From assembly GCA_964459125.1 (NCBI GenBank), contig CAYWLM010000001.1:1-62286 (forward strand): a stretch of 62,286 nucleotides of DNA, given 5' to 3'. Origin of the DNA: an uncultured Methylomonas sp. (GTDB lineage: Bacteria; Pseudomonadota; Gammaproteobacteria; Methylococcales; Methylomonadaceae). Numbering within the stretch: the stretch's first letter is position 1; each line of letters opens with the position of its first letter. Shown in pieces: positions 1-14,600 of this stretch. Made by a program: the position numbers and the translations under genes. The notes under the pieces are model-generated. The model was given only the letters and a program-made list of their open reading frames with translations. It did not search any database and was not told where the DNA came from.

Positions 1-490
<490 letters not shown>

Positions 491-571
491 CAAAGCATGC
501 AATGCTGTATGAGTATCCACAACAAATTATTTTGATCAAAGAAATCGAGACTGACCTTGAAAGCACTAATT

Positions 572-648
<77 letters not shown>

Positions 649-649
649 A

Positions 650-726
650 TTTTCGCTACTCGGCGTTAAAATTCAATTCATGTACTTAACGTACACTTCA
701 TTGAATTTTGCCTTGATTAGCAAAAA
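650..726. repeat. Hairpin between the ITS tRNAs with the AAGGC...AACGC core of ERIC-like MITEs
   Basis: GCTACTC-GGCGTT-AAAATTCAAT..GTAC-TTAAC-GTAC..ATTGAATTTT-GCCTT-GATTAGC; same architecture as the element at 27592. Confidence 0.55.
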
Positions 727-789
727 TGCTAACAGTAATTTTATTCTCTGTTAGCCTTCAGGGGGACGTAAAGCCCACAAACCAGTAAT

Positions 790-865
790 GGGGCCATAGC
801 TCAGCTGGGAGAGCGCCTGCCTTGCACGCAGGAGGTCGGGAGTTCGATCCTCCCTGGCTCCACCA
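790..865 (+). tRNA. tRNA-Ala(TGC)
   Basis: GGGGCCATAGCTCAGCTGGGAGAGC...TTGCACG...AGTTCGATCC...CTCCACCA; 76 nt. Confidence 0.98.
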
Positions 866-949
866 TCACTCGATAAAACGAATTAGCTAATAATTAATTC
901 TATAAACTTTAAAGAAAAAGTTTATAGAATTAGTTGATTAAACTAATAA

Positions 950-960
950 GCTCTTTAACA
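950..960 (+). promoter_or_regulatory. rrn antitermination boxA in the spacer
   Basis: GCTCTTTAACA matches the boxA consensus; preceded by an AT-rich hairpin (AATTCTATAAACTTT/AAAGTTTATAGAATT). Confidence 0.8.
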
Positions 961-1218
961 ATTTGGAAATCTGTAAAGTAAACTAAAGAAAGTTTATGGA
1001 TTAGGCGAGGTTAACTATTTTAACAATAGTTGACAACAAATAAAAAATAAGCGAACTAAAAGTTTCAAACGAGTTTAAGAAATAGACTTTTCACGCAAGT
1101 GAAGAGAAAAAGAAATAAATGAGTTCTCAAGCAGAAAAAGCGAAAATGTCAGCTGACATATAATTCAAGCGGCCGAAAAGCCTCGCAAGAGGGTGTGTAA
1201 GACGTATTTGGGTTATAT

Positions 1219-4107
<2,889 letters not shown>

Positions 4108-4304
4108 ATAACACCAAATATGTTTTTCAGACTTAGTGATAAGAATAAAAGACAGACGTGGCGGAGTATAGACAGCGACAACACGTTTTTACTGTAAGAG
4201 AACGACATTTAGACTCAGACAGCACAGATTTCCAATGCTTTAACTGCAACGTTAAAGGAGAGACGATTGATACTTGCACAACGAGTAGTCAATCAACACC
4301 GATT

Positions 4305-4420
4305 GCTTGGTGACCATAGCGAGCGTGAACCACCCGATCCCATCTCGAACTCGGAAGTGAAACCGCTTAGTGCCGATGATAGTGTGGATTTATCCATGTG
4401 AAAGTAGGGAATTGCCAAGC
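4305..4420 (+). rRNA. rrf: 5S rRNA
   Basis: GCTTGGTGACCATAGC...CACCCGATCCCATCTCGAACTCGGAAGTGAAAC...GCCAAGC. Confidence 0.97.
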
Positions 4421-4430
4421 TCTTAATTTA

Positions 4431-4462
4431 AAAACCCAATCCAAAAGATTGGGTTTTTTTTT
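4431..4462 (+). terminator. rrn intrinsic terminator
   Basis: AAAACCCAATC-CAAAA-GATTGGGTTTT followed by a T run. Confidence 0.9.
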
Positions 4463-4647
4463 GCCTGTAATTTTGTTGTACAATGGCCTATTGTTATTGC
4501 AGGGTGTGACTTTGGTCCGTCAGATATAATAAGAAAGCCTGATATAAGCGGGCGGAAGCCTCGCTCTTCAGTGTATGAGAATGGTATTATCTGAGGAGCT
4601 ATTTATAGCCTGCACACTTGAATTTTGTCTTAGATGATTACTTTTTT

Positions 4648-6150
4648 ATGGACAAGCTAATAAAATCTGGATGGGGCGATGTATTAGCTGTTATTGCAGG
4701 TATCTTATTTACATTATCTTTTTCACCTTTTGATTTTTCATTATTGGTCTTTATTGCGTTAGCATTTTTTAGGTTATCGCTAGTCGAGCTGAGTGTAAAA
4801 AGGGCAACACTGAGAGGTTTTTTGTTTGGCCTGGGTTTGTTCGGACTTGGAGTTTCCTGGGTGTTTATCAGTATGGTTGTGAATGAAGCTTCTGGCTTTG
4901 CACTTCCTATGTTGATGACTCTGCTGTATTGCAGTTTTTGGGCAGTTTTTCCAGCTGTTGCTGCCTATCTTTATGTAAAAATACGTGTTAATAACTGTTT
5001 TGACTGGCTTGTTTTTGCTTGTGTATGGACACTTGTTGAGTATATTCGAGGGGAGTTGATCTTGGGAGGTTTTCCCTGGTTGCAGGTTGCTTATAGTCAA
5101 TTAGATACACCTTTATCGGGGTACGTGCCAGTACTGGGTGTTTATGGTACTGGCTTAATTACAGTTATGTTTTCTGCGGTGATTGCAGACGTTATATTAG
5201 ATAAAAAATACCGTAGACTTTATTTTTTAGGCATTATCGCCGTAACGATTATTGGTGCTTTATTACAGCCGGTGAATTGGACGACTGTTTCAGGAAATCC
5301 ATTTACCGTAAGCTTGATTCAGGGGAATATTGCACAAAAGGATAAATGGGCTGTTGGCAATAGAAATGCTACTTTAAAACAATACTATGATGATAGCGCT
5401 GCACATTGGCAATCTGACCTTATTATCTGGCCAGAGACAGCTATTCCAGCCTATTTTGAAGATGTGAAAGACGATTATTTATTGCCTTTGGAGCGGGAAG
5501 CAATAGCGCATAATACTAATATTATTACTAGCCTACCTTATAAAGATGAAACGGGTAAATTATATAATTCTGTTTTAGTTCTGGGTGCAAATCGTATGAT
5601 GTACAAAAAGATTCATTTATTACCCTTTGGTGAATATTTGCCCTGGCAACCTGTTTCTAGTTATTTGTTGAGTTTAATGAATGTCCGCTTAGGCAAGTTT
5701 AGTTCTGGCGAGATTGACCAGCCTTTACTCAAAGTAGCAGGGCATCATTTTGTAACTTCAATTTGTTATGAAGATGCTTTTGGAGCACAGAGTATTCGCC
5801 ATGTAGAACAGGCAAAATTTCTTGTGAATGTGACAAATGATGGCTGGTTTGATGGCTCAATTGAGCCTTATCAGCATCTGCAGATTGCTAGAATGCGCGC
5901 GCTTGAAGCTGGGCGATATTTATTACGGGTAACGAATACAGGGGTCAGTGCAATTGTCTCGGAAAAAGGTAAGATCGTGAATCAGGCACCGGTTATGCAA
6001 AGGGTTACAATAACTTCGGATATTGAACCTATGAATGGGATGACTCCTTATGCTCTGATGGGAGATAAACCCACTATTCTGATTATTTCATTAATATTAC
6101 TGTATTCGTTTATCAACAGATATTATCAAAAAATTTGTATGTCAGGCTAA
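4648..6150 (+). CDS. lnt: Apolipoprotein N-acyltransferase (copy 1)
   Basis: GGFPW, QGNI, WPETA(E), YKKxHLLPFGEY(K), ICYED(C), TNDGWF; ATG at 4648 preferred over TTG at 4618. Confidence 0.93.
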   Translation: MDKLIKSGWGDVLAVIAGILFTLSFSPFDFSLLVFIALAFFRLSLVELSVKRATLRGFLFGLGLFGLGVSWVFISMVVNEASGFALPMLMTLLYCSFWAVFPAVAAYLYVKIRVNNCFDWLVFACVWTLVEYIRGELILGGFPWLQVAYSQLDTPLSGYVPVLGVYGTGLITVMFSAVIADVILDKKYRRLYFLGIIAVTIIGALLQPVNWTTVSGNPFTVSLIQGNIAQKDKWAVGNRNATLKQYYDDSAAHWQSDLIIWPETAIPAYFEDVKDDYLLPLEREAIAHNTNIITSLPYKDETGKLYNSVLVLGANRMMYKKIHLLPFGEYLPWQPVSSYLLSLMNVRLGKFSSGEIDQPLLKVAGHHFVTSICYEDAFGAQSIRHVEQAKFLVNVTNDGWFDGSIEPYQHLQIARMRALEAGRYLLRVTNTGVSAIVSEKGKIVNQAPVMQRVTITSDIEPMNGMTPYALMGDKPTILIISLILLYSFINRYYQKICMSG

Positions 6151-6214
6151 ATTAATGGGTTTCATTATGCGCCTCTGAAGTCGTTTTATGCCACCCATTG
6201 TTTATTGAGGTTTG

Positions 6215-6988
6215 TTAACTATGAATTTCTATATGCAGTTCACGGAATTCATTGGTGAGTTTGTGGTTAGGAGCATAGTGTACTAGTGGTTGAGACTCAG
6301 TATGTGATTCACGAACCTTAACAGAAGGTGAAATTTTACTGTTTAACATGGGTAAACCCTCAGCAATAAGCTCTTCTACCAGCTGCCTAGGTAAACGTGC
6401 CTGGGCTTGAAATTGATTGACAATAATACCTTCAATCTCCAGATTTGCATTATGGTCAGCCCTTACTTCACTTAAAGTTTGCATCAGTGTGTATAATGCT
6501 TCACGGGCAAAAGTATCGCAATCAAATGGGATTAAGCATTTATTTGCTGCGATCAATGCTGATTGGCTGTAAAAATTTAGTACTGGCGGGGTATCAATAT
6601 AGATTTCATCAAAGTCTTCTAACTTATCCAGTTCTTCTTTAAGTTTGAAGATTTTGTAACGTGATTCCAGGCGACCTTGTAAAGGTTCTAATTCAGGGTG
6701 TGAGGGTAAAACAAATAAATTAGGAAAGGGAGATTCGTGAATAAGGTCTTGAATACCTACTCCTTGTCCACCGAACAACGAAAGGCTTAAACAGCTTTTA
6801 AAAAAATGGGCAATGGTCTTATCCGAATCTTTGACCTTTTGTCCCAAAATATACTGAGTTGCATTTCCCTGTATATCCAGATCAATTACTAAGGTTCGTT
6901 TACCCTCCATCGCACTAATTGCCGCTAAGTTACATGTAATGGTAGATTTCCCTACACCGCCTTTTTGATTAAAGATCACCCTGCGCAT
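6215..6988 (-). CDS. ParA/Soj-family ATPase (orphan, no adjacent parB)
   Basis: NQKGGVGKST deviant Walker A, IDLDIQGN, IDTPP. Confidence 0.9.
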   Translation of the reverse strand: MRRVIFNQKGGVGKSTITCNLAAISAMEGKRTLVIDLDIQGNATQYILGQKVKDSDKTIAHFFKSCLSLSLFGGQGVGIQDLIHESPFPNLFVLPSHPELEPLQGRLESRYKIFKLKEELDKLEDFDEIYIDTPPVLNFYSQSALIAANKCLIPFDCDTFAREALYTLMQTLSEVRADHNANLEIEGIIVNQFQAQARLPRQLVEELIAEGLPMLNSKISPSVKVRESHTESQPLVHYAPNHKLTNEFRELHIEIHS

Positions 6989-7036
6989 TTTATTCCCCGA
7001 TAGTAGCAAACATTTAAAGAATTATTATATGTAAAA

Positions 7037-7534
7037 TTATATGCGTATGAAAGTATTTGCTCCACATTCAGGACATTCAGGAATAATACTGGTACTTTTA
7101 AAGGCAATTACTTTACCACATTTTTTACAACTTAACGTCCCTGGCGCTGTTAACTCACCGCTTTTATAAGGGTGGCTGTATTGTTTTGCTGTTTCTGATA
7201 ATTGCGCTAACTCTATACGGGTTTTATCTGCAACATTAAGAAACGAATCCAGAGCAAAATTTTCTAATAATTCTATATCAAATTTAAGCCACTCTGATAA
7301 CGAGTCGTTACTGTTGTCAGGTAAGGATTCAGCTGCATGATGTACGTCTCTGGACACGGAGTCGGCGACATGGTTAATTTCTTCCTGCGTTAAGCCCCCA
7401 ATTTCACTTATCTTTCCTTTAGCAGCATCCAGCTTCTCAGCAATTGTATGAATGGTATCATCCGTTGCTTCATACATGTATTCCATAAAGTCGTTATAGG
7501 CTTTGGTTAGTTTATTTTCATTCATAAGAATCAC
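7037..7534 (-). CDS. Zinc-ribbon protein (DUF1451-like)
   Basis: C-terminal YKSGE..PGTLSCKKCG...CPECG; usual position divergent from leuS. Confidence 0.75.
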   Translation of the reverse strand: MILMNENKLTKAYNDFMEYMYEATDDTIHTIAEKLDAAKGKISEIGGLTQEEINHVADSVSRDVHHAAESLPDNSNDSLSEWLKFDIELLENFALDSFLNVADKTRIELAQLSETAKQYSHPYKSGELTAPGTLSCKKCGKVIAFKSTSIIPECPECGANTFIRI

Positions 7535-7607
7535 TCCCTAAAAAGGCTTTAGATTTAGTTCACTGTAAGGTATTCTAACGCTTTTGAATGCAAAAAGACG
7601 AGTAACA

Positions 7608-10052
7608 ATGCAAGAAAATTACAAACCACTAGAAATTGAGGCTGAAATACAGGCTCAATGGGAAAAATCGGGCATATTTCAGGCTTCTGATGACGAGAGC
7701 AAAGAAAAGTATTATTGCCTATCTATGTTTCCTTATCCCAGTGGTCGCCTGCATATGGGGCATGTACGCAATTATACGATTGGCGATGTGATTAGCCGTT
7801 ACCAGCGTATGCAAGGCAAGAATGTTATGCAACCTATGGGCTGGGATGCTTTTGGCTTGCCTGCAGAAAATGCCGCCATGAAGCACAATGTTCATCCTGC
7901 AGAGTGGACTTATGAAAATATCGACTACATGCGTACTCAATTAAAGGAGCTGGGTTTTGGATATGATTGGAGTCGTGAATTAGCCACTTGTGATCCTAGC
8001 TATTATCGTTGGGAGCAATGGTTTTTTTTGCAATTACTCGAAAAAGACTTAGTTTATAAGAAAACTTCAGCAGTCAATTGGTGCCCTCATGATCAAACTG
8101 TATTAGCCAATGAGCAGGTTATTGATGGTTGTTGCTGGCGTTGTGATACGGCGGTTGAGAAAAAAGATATTTCGCAATGGTTTTTAAGAATTACTGCCTA
8201 TGCTGATGAGTTACTCACTTCATTAGATAAAATGCCTGGCTGGCCAGAACAAGTTAAAACTATGCAAGCTAATTGGATTGGGCGTTCTGAAGGTTTGGAA
8301 ATGGCATTTGCGGTTGATGGGTTGGACGATGTTGAAATCTATACCACACGTCCAGATACCTTAATGGGTGTTACCTATTTAGCGGTTGCAGCTGAACACC
8401 TGTTAGCATTACAGGCAGCAAAAGAGAGTGTTGAAATTAGCGCTTTTCTGGAAGAATGTCGACATACGGAAACTTCGGAAGCTGCTTTAGAAACCATGGA
8501 AAAGAAAGGTATCTATTCTGGCTTTAATGCTAAGCATCCGGTTACGGGTGAGTTAGTGCCTGTCTGGATTGCGAATTTTGTACTGATGAGTTATGGAACA
8601 GGTGCTGTTATGTCAGTACCCGCTCATGATCAGCGTGATTACGAATTTGCGAAAAAATATGGCATTGATATAAAACAGGTTATTTTTTCAGCAAGCGATA
8701 GTGATGACAGCATTACTGAACATGCTTTTACAGAGAAAGGTAATTTACGCAATTCTGCAGAATTTGATGGTTTAAGTTCAGCCGAAGCTGTTAATGCAAT
8801 CGCTGAAAAATTAGAAAGAGACGCTACAGGACAGCGTAAAATTAATTTCCGTTTACATGATTGGGGCGTTTCAAGGCAGCGTTATTGGGGAGCCCCGATT
8901 CCCGTTATTTATTGTGACGATTGTGGCACGGTACCCGTACCCGAAACAGATTTGCCGGTTGAATTACCCAAAAACGTGGTCTTAGATGGATCAAATTCTC
9001 CACTAGTGACTCATGAGGCATTTCTGCATGCTGATTGCCCTAGGTGTGGTAAATTAGCAAAACGCGAGACTGATACCTTCGATACCTTTATGGAATCATC
9101 ATGGTACTTTGCCCGATATGCAAGCAGTAGGGCTGAGTCTATGCTGGATGCAAGTGCCAAGTACTGGTTGCCGGTTGATCAATATATAGGCGGAATTGAA
9201 CATGCGATTTTACATTTACTTTATGCGCGTTTTTTTACTAAATTAATGCGTGATGAAGGCTTATTGGTTTGTGATGAACCGTTTAAAAATTTATTAACCC
9301 AGGGTATGGTGTTAATGGATGGAACGAAGATGTCTAAATCTAAAGGTAATACTGTTGATCCACAACATTTAATTGCAGAATATGGCGCTGATACTGTGCG
9401 CCTATTTATTATGTTCGCAGCGCCACCAGAACAATCCTTAGAATGGTCAGACAGTGGAGTCGAGGGTGGTTTCAGGTTTTTAAAGCGATTATGGCGGCAA
9501 GTGCATTTACATGTAGCTGCGGGCGAGGCTGTTGCGCTATTAGATAAGCAGAGCTTGACTAGCACGGAGAAAGAGTTACGCAGACAAGTACACTATGCGA
9601 TTGAAAAAGTAACTGATGATATAGGGCGCAGACATCATTTTAATACCGCAATTGCGACTAATATGGAATTATTAAACACCTTATCCCGATTTAATGATCA
9701 GGGCGGAAATGCGACAGCCGTACGTCAGGAGGCTTTAGAAACGATAGTGTTGATGCTATATCCTATCGTACCTCATATTTGTCAGGAATTATGGAAAGGT
9801 TTAGGTAAAACAAAAGATATTAATCGAATCTGGCCAGTAGCAGATAAATCTGCATTGGTTCAAGATGAATTACAAATGATAGTACAGGTCAATGGAAAGC
9901 TGCGTGGCAAAATAATGGTTGCCTCGACTGCTAGTAAAAAAGAAATCGAAGTGCTCGCTTTAGCTGAACAAAATGTGATGCGTTTTCTTGAAGGTAAAAC
10001 GGTAAAAAAACTTATTGTTGTGCCGAAAAAACTGGTGAGTATCGTTGTTTAA
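7608..10052 (+). CDS. leuS: Leucine--tRNA ligase
   Basis: [13 protein letters not shown] (HIGH motif), KMSKS, editing domain [21 protein letters not shown]. Confidence 0.99.
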   Translation: MQENYKPLEIEAEIQAQWEKSGIFQASDDESKEKYYCLSMFPYPSGRLHMGHVRNYTIGDVISRYQRMQGKNVMQPMGWDAFGLPAENAAMKHNVHPAEWTYENIDYMRTQLKELGFGYDWSRELATCDPSYYRWEQWFFLQLLEKDLVYKKTSAVNWCPHDQTVLANEQVIDGCCWRCDTAVEKKDISQWFLRITAYADELLTSLDKMPGWPEQVKTMQANWIGRSEGLEMAFAVDGLDDVEIYTTRPDTLMGVTYLAVAAEHLLALQAAKESVEISAFLEECRHTETSEAALETMEKKGIYSGFNAKHPVTGELVPVWIANFVLMSYGTGAVMSVPAHDQRDYEFAKKYGIDIKQVIFSASDSDDSITEHAFTEKGNLRNSAEFDGLSSAEAVNAIAEKLERDATGQRKINFRLHDWGVSRQRYWGAPIPVIYCDDCGTVPVPETDLPVELPKNVVLDGSNSPLVTHEAFLHADCPRCGKLAKRETDTFDTFMESSWYFARYASSRAESMLDASAKYWLPVDQYIGGIEHAILHLLYARFFTKLMRDEGLLVCDEPFKNLLTQGMVLMDGTKMSKSKGNTVDPQHLIAEYGADTVRLFIMFAAPPEQSLEWSDSGVEGGFRFLKRLWRQVHLHVAAGEAVALLDKQSLTSTEKELRRQVHYAIEKVTDDIGRRHHFNTAIATNMELLNTLSRFNDQGGNATAVRQEALETIVLMLYPIVPHICQELWKGLGKTKDINRIWPVADKSALVQDELQMIVQVNGKLRGKIMVASTASKKEIEVLALAEQNVMRFLEGKTVKKLIVVPKKLVSIVV

Positions 10053-10575
10053 TTTCTCTATCAAAGGCATGCTTGGAATTAGGGGTAGTGTGCTTTTAGT
10101 GACACTGTTGATGTTAACCGCCTGTGGTTATCATCTGCGTGGAGCACTAGAATTACCTGAAGCATTAAAGAAAATGTATGTAAAAGGCGCTTCGCCAGAG
10201 CTATCTGCTGCCATTGAACGAACATTCAGAGGGACCTCAGGTGAATTAGTTGCAACAGCTGATGAAGCAGGCATGATCTTGAATATACTCGACGAATTTT
10301 ATCAGCGTAGAACGATTTCGCTTAGTTCCACTGGGTATTCTAATGAGTTTGAGTTAATTTATCGCTTAAGCTTTGATCTGCTGGATAGCGAAGGACATAC
10401 ACTGGTATCCAATCAAACCATAGAGGTTATGAAAACGTACTATAACGCGCAGAGTAGCGAGACTTTACTTTCCAAAGATAATGAAGAAATTGTTTTGCGT
10501 CAGGAATTGTATGAAGAGGCAGTCCGTTCGGTAATTCAAAGAGCACGGGCTGAGCTTAAAAACAAATATCCATAA
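10045..10575 (+). CDS. lptE: LPS assembly lipoprotein LptE
   Basis: Lipobox [10 protein letters not shown]; leuS-lptE-holA synteny; true start may be ATG 10069. Confidence 0.92.
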   Translation: MFNFSIKGMLGIRGSVLLVTLLMLTACGYHLRGALELPEALKKMYVKGASPELSAAIERTFRGTSGELVATADEAGMILNILDEFYQRRTISLSSTGYSNEFELIYRLSFDLLDSEGHTLVSNQTIEVMKTYYNAQSSETLLSKDNEEIVLRQELYEEAVRSVIQRARAELKNKYP

Positions 10576-10576
10576 T

Positions 10577-11578
10577 ATGTTGTTAAAAACAGAACAATTA
10601 CCTGCCTCATTAGCTAAGAAACTTGCTCCGATTTACCTTATTAGCGGTGATGAGCCATTGCAATCAGGAGAAGCTGCAGATGCAGTGCGTCTAGCAGCTA
10701 AAAATTCAGGCTATGAAAATCGTGAATTATTAACGGTTGATGCCCATTTTTCCTGGGTAGATTTTATACAAGCTGCAAATGCCATGTCCATCTTCTCAGA
10801 TAAGAAAATTATCGATTTGCGACTTCCTTCGGGAAAACCAGGTATGGAAGGTAGCAAGGCGCTGATCAGTTACTGCGAACGACTTCCAGAAGATACACTG
10901 TTATTAATTACTGCAGGTAAGCTGGAAAAAAACGCTACCAAGTCAAAATGGGTAATGACCCTAGAGAAGTATGGCGTTATTATTCAAGTTTGGCCTCTAG
11001 AAGGGAAAGATTTGGTTGAATGGATTCAGAAACGTATGCAGCGTAAAGGTTTGAGTACCAATAAACAGGGACAGAGGTTGATTGCCACACGAGTAGAGGG
11101 TAATTTACTGGCTGCAAATCAGGAAATAGAAAAACTGTATGTGCTTTATGGATCAGCGACTTTAACCACGCAACAGATAGAGGAAGTGGTTGCGGATGCT
11201 TCACGGTATGATGTTTTTAATCTGGTTAATGCTGCTTTGTCAGGTAGAGTGGAACGCGTAAATAAAATTCTCCTAGGAGTGCGGCACGAGGGCATTGCCG
11301 CACCTATTGTACTTTGGGCATTAACGCGTGAAATACGCTCTTTGATCAGTATACAGCAACAATTACAAGCAGGTCAGCCACGTAATGCTGTTTTTATGAA
11401 ACATCGGGTGTGGGATAAGCGGCAAAAGCTGGTTAGTCATGCTTTAAGTAAACTCTCTCGACAAAACTTATTGAATGCTTTATTGCTGGCAGCTAAAACA
11501 GATCGTCAGATTAAAGGTGAGCAAGCGGGTGATTGCTGGGAGAGTTTATTGGAGATTAGCTTAATGTTGGCAAAGTAG
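10577..11578 (+). CDS. holA: DNA polymerase III subunit delta
   Basis: YLISGDEPL, EGNLLAANQEIEKL; synteny with leuS-lptE. Confidence 0.96.
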   Translation: MLLKTEQLPASLAKKLAPIYLISGDEPLQSGEAADAVRLAAKNSGYENRELLTVDAHFSWVDFIQAANAMSIFSDKKIIDLRLPSGKPGMEGSKALISYCERLPEDTLLLITAGKLEKNATKSKWVMTLEKYGVIIQVWPLEGKDLVEWIQKRMQRKGLSTNKQGQRLIATRVEGNLLAANQEIEKLYVLYGSATLTTQQIEEVVADASRYDVFNLVNAALSGRVERVNKILLGVRHEGIAAPIVLWALTREIRSLISIQQQLQAGQPRNAVFMKHRVWDKRQKLVSHALSKLSRQNLLNALLLAAKTDRQIKGEQAGDCWESLLEISLMLAK

Positions 11579-11792
11579 AAATTTCCATTACGACTCCGAT
11601 GAAAGGTGGGAAGGATAATTACAATAACTGCTAATGAGTGTTTGAATAGAGATCATAAATCATCTGATTTCTCTTGAATTCAAACTATAAGTGCTTATTC
11701 ATCCATTTCTGTACCAATCTTTGTACCTTTTCTAGTTGTTTGTGCATTATTGTCTTTGAAATGATTAGGTATTTCGAGAATGGAATACTCTT

Positions 11793-12530
11793 TCAATCAT
11801 AAAAATGCACTACACCGGTATTCATATCATACATACCACCAATAATCTTGATTTGGCCACTTTTTTCCATTTCTCTTAATATTGGGCTATAGAGTCTGAT
11901 GTTTTCAATAGTATCCCAGACATTCTGCTCTGCAACCATGTGGACAAACTCTTTGTTTTTACTGGTTTTATTGCCTTCATAATTGTCAAAGTGATGAACT
12001 GCAGGTTGGATATTTTCCAGCATTGAAGTAATATTACCCAATTTTACTCCATCCACAGCACTTTTAATCGCGCCGCATTGTTCATGACCTAGAACGAGTA
12101 CCAGTTTGGAGCCTGCAACTTTGCATGCATATTCCATACTGCCAAGAATATCTGTATTTTCAAAATTGCCGGCAACTCTTGCAACAAACACATCGCCTAT
12201 TCCCAGATCAAATACATCTTCAATGGGAACTCTGGAGTCTATGCAGGATAAAATGATGCTTTTGGGATATTGCCCTAATGCAGCTAAACGTACTTGTTCA
12301 GAGTGATCTCGATTGGTAACAACCCCAGATACAAAGCGTTGGTTACCTGCTTTTAGCCAGGAGATAACATAATCCGGAGTTAATGTGTTTTGCTGTTCCT
12401 GAGTTATCACAGTAGCCACAACTGGTTTAGTTTCAGTCATCGTGGTGGTGGTCAGCTTGCTTGAACAGCCTAAAAATAATAAGGAAAGTAAACCCAAAAG
12501 AAAAAGCTGTGATGTTTGATAGTTATGCAT
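11793..12530 (-). CDS. Beta-class carbonic anhydrase with a predicted lipoprotein signal
   Basis: Zn ligands CIDSR and HEQC, RVAGN, GSMEYA; N-terminal LLGLLSLLFLG-C from ATG 12530. Confidence 0.9.
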   Translation of the reverse strand: MHNYQTSQLFLLGLLSLLFLGCSSKLTTTTMTETKPVVATVITQEQQNTLTPDYVISWLKAGNQRFVSGVVTNRDHSEQVRLAALGQYPKSIILSCIDSRVPIEDVFDLGIGDVFVARVAGNFENTDILGSMEYACKVAGSKLVLVLGHEQCGAIKSAVDGVKLGNITSMLENIQPAVHHFDNYEGNKTSKNKEFVHMVAEQNVWDTIENIRLYSPILREMEKSGQIKIIGGMYDMNTGVVHFYD

Positions 12531-12602
12531 TTGTAATAACCCATGAGTCATTTCGAATTTGATGATAAACATAACAGACCTCAATGGATCTATCAAGAAA
12601 AG

Positions 12603-13631
12603 TTATTCTATTTCCTCGGTGTGATGATCAGGTTGACTAGCTGTAATATGCGTTGCAACACATTGTAATGCTGATTCTAAATGCTGCCACTCCGGTTCAT
12701 TAGCAGGTAAACCAAAGCGGAGGCTGGCTGGCTCACTAAAAAGGCGAGTAAATACGGCTTGTTTAGCAAGTTGTTGATGTATCTGGGCAGCATGCTCTGT
12801 TTGCACCCATTGAAAAAGTTGAGTGGAGCCGGCTGGTTTCAGCTGGTAGTTTGTCAGTAACAATTGTAAGCGTCGGCTTTGTTGTAGTAATTGCTGGTGC
12901 ATCTGATTATGCCACCTAGTATCCTGCAAAGCATGAGTGCAAACATAACGACCAGGGTTACTCAGTGTCCAGGGACCAAGTAATTCATTTAGATTATTTA
13001 AAATAGTCGGTTCCGCCAAAACAAACCCTGCTCTCAATCCCGCTAAACCGAAAAATTTTCCTATAGAGCGTAGAATTATCAAGCCTTTTACAGGCTGTAA
13101 CTGACTTAGACTTAACTCTGGAGTGCAATCGATAAAAGCTTCATCAATAATAAGCCAGCCTTGTCTTTGATTTAAGTTTTCTAGCCAGTTAAGGCATTGT
13201 TTTTGGGTAAATGTACAGGCAGTGGGATTGTTTGGGTTAACTAAAATTAAAGTGTCTAAGTGACTGATATGTTGATCAATCTCATTGGCACTCATCTGTA
13301 CTATTTTATGTCCAGCTTTTTTCCAGGCATAAGTGTGTTCCGCGTAGGAGGGCGTAACAATGCCGGTTGTGCCGCGAGTGCGCAGCAAAGGTAAGCTTTG
13401 AATAGCCGCCTGGGAGCCAGCGACAGCTATTAGTGATTGGCATTGGTAGTATTCTTGAGCAGCAGTGATAAGTCTATCTTGGTCTTCAGGTAAACGCTGC
13501 CAGATCAAATCTGGAATAGGGGGGATAGGATAGCCATTAGGATTAATTCCTGTAGATAGGTCTAGCCATTCAGAAATAGAGATTTGATACTGTTGTGCCG
13601 CTTCTAGTAAGCGTCCGCCATGTTTAAGCAA
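12603..13631 (-). CDS. cobD: L-threonine-O-3-phosphate decarboxylase (CobD/CobC, PLP-dependent)
   Basis: HGG..DLSTGINP, NPNNPT, DEAFID, RSIGKFFGLAGLR. Confidence 0.9.
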   Translation of the reverse strand: MLKHGGRLLEAAQQYQISISEWLDLSTGINPNGYPIPPIPDLIWQRLPEDQDRLITAAQEYYQCQSLIAVAGSQAAIQSLPLLRTRGTTGIVTPSYAEHTYAWKKAGHKIVQMSANEIDQHISHLDTLILVNPNNPTACTFTQKQCLNWLENLNQRQGWLIIDEAFIDCTPELSLSQLQPVKGLIILRSIGKFFGLAGLRAGFVLAEPTILNNLNELLGPWTLSNPGRYVCTHALQDTRWHNQMHQQLLQQSRRLQLLLTNYQLKPAGSTQLFQWVQTEHAAQIHQQLAKQAVFTRLFSEPASLRFGLPANEPEWQHLESALQCVATHITASQPDHHTEEIE

Positions 13632-14541
13632 GAGTTTCCCCTGCGCTAATAAGCGCTAGCCAAAGCAGGGTTGTTAAGATAACTAATAGATTAGCTCGCC
13701 TAATATCCTGATTTGTGGCTATACGATCAGTGCCTAATGTGGGTTTGATTTTGAGCAGCCCATGATAAATTGCTGAACCACCTAGGTTTACATTTAAACT
13801 GCCTGCACCTGTGCTCATTACCACACCAGCGTTAGGGCTTTCGCATTGGGGGCTTTGTTGTTGATAGCAAGCCCATGCATTATGCGTATCTCCGAGTAAA
13901 AGGTAGCTTAAGGCAGTTAAGCGTGCCGGTACCCAGTTTAAAATATCGTCTAACCGTGCGGCAGCAAAACCAAAATTATAATAACGATTGTTTTTATAAC
14001 CCCACATGGCATCTAAGGTATTGCTTAGCCGGTAAAATATAGCACCTGTAGGGCCTGCGACCACAAACCAGAATATAGGTGCAACTATCGCATCAGCTCC
14101 ATTTTCCAAGGTACTTTCTATGGTCGCTTTACGTATTGATTGAACGTCCATTTGCCCTGTTTCACGGCTCACGATCATGGATAGTGCATGCCGTGCCTGA
14201 GTCAGATTGCCCTTTTGTAACGGTTGGTAAATAGCTAGTGTATGTTGTAATAAACTTTTCGGTGCAATACACAGATAAAGTATTACGGGACTCAAAATGT
14301 CATTAAACAACGGCAACCGTGTAATGATAAATATTGTTCCGGCAATCGGTAAAATAGTTAGCATTAAAGCGACTAGCCCATTTATCTTTTGATATATATT
14401 TGACCTATCCCTAGGTAGAATAAGTTGCTTTTCTATATAGCTAGCCAATATACCAAATATAACTAGAGGGTGAGCTTTTTTTGGTTCGCCTAGAAGAACG
14501 TCAAGTATTAAAGCAATTAACAAGGCAAGTGTAACAGTCAT
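13624..14541 (-). CDS. cbiB: Adenosylcobinamide-phosphate synthase CbiB
   Basis: GEP..HP, IVSRET, ENGAD, NTLDAMWGY, ARLDD..NWVPARL, SPNAG. Confidence 0.95.
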   Translation of the reverse strand: MTVTLALLIALILDVLLGEPKKAHPLVIFGILASYIEKQLILPRDRSNIYQKINGLVALMLTILPIAGTIFIITRLPLFNDILSPVILYLCIAPKSLLQHTLAIYQPLQKGNLTQARHALSMIVSRETGQMDVQSIRKATIESTLENGADAIVAPIFWFVVAGPTGAIFYRLSNTLDAMWGYKNNRYYNFGFAAARLDDILNWVPARLTALSYLLLGDTHNAWACYQQQSPQCESPNAGVVMSTGAGSLNVNLGGSAIYHGLLKIKPTLGTDRIATNQDIRRANLLVILTTLLWLALISAGETLA

Positions 14542-14600
14542 TTAGTCGCGCTAGTAAATTAGAGTAAAAAGGCCGCCACAATGCCATTAAAGGAATTTAA

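Noticed and set aside
14542..14600. Cobalamin riboswitch between cbiB and cobQ
   Set aside because: The gap is only 59 bp and has no B12-box motif
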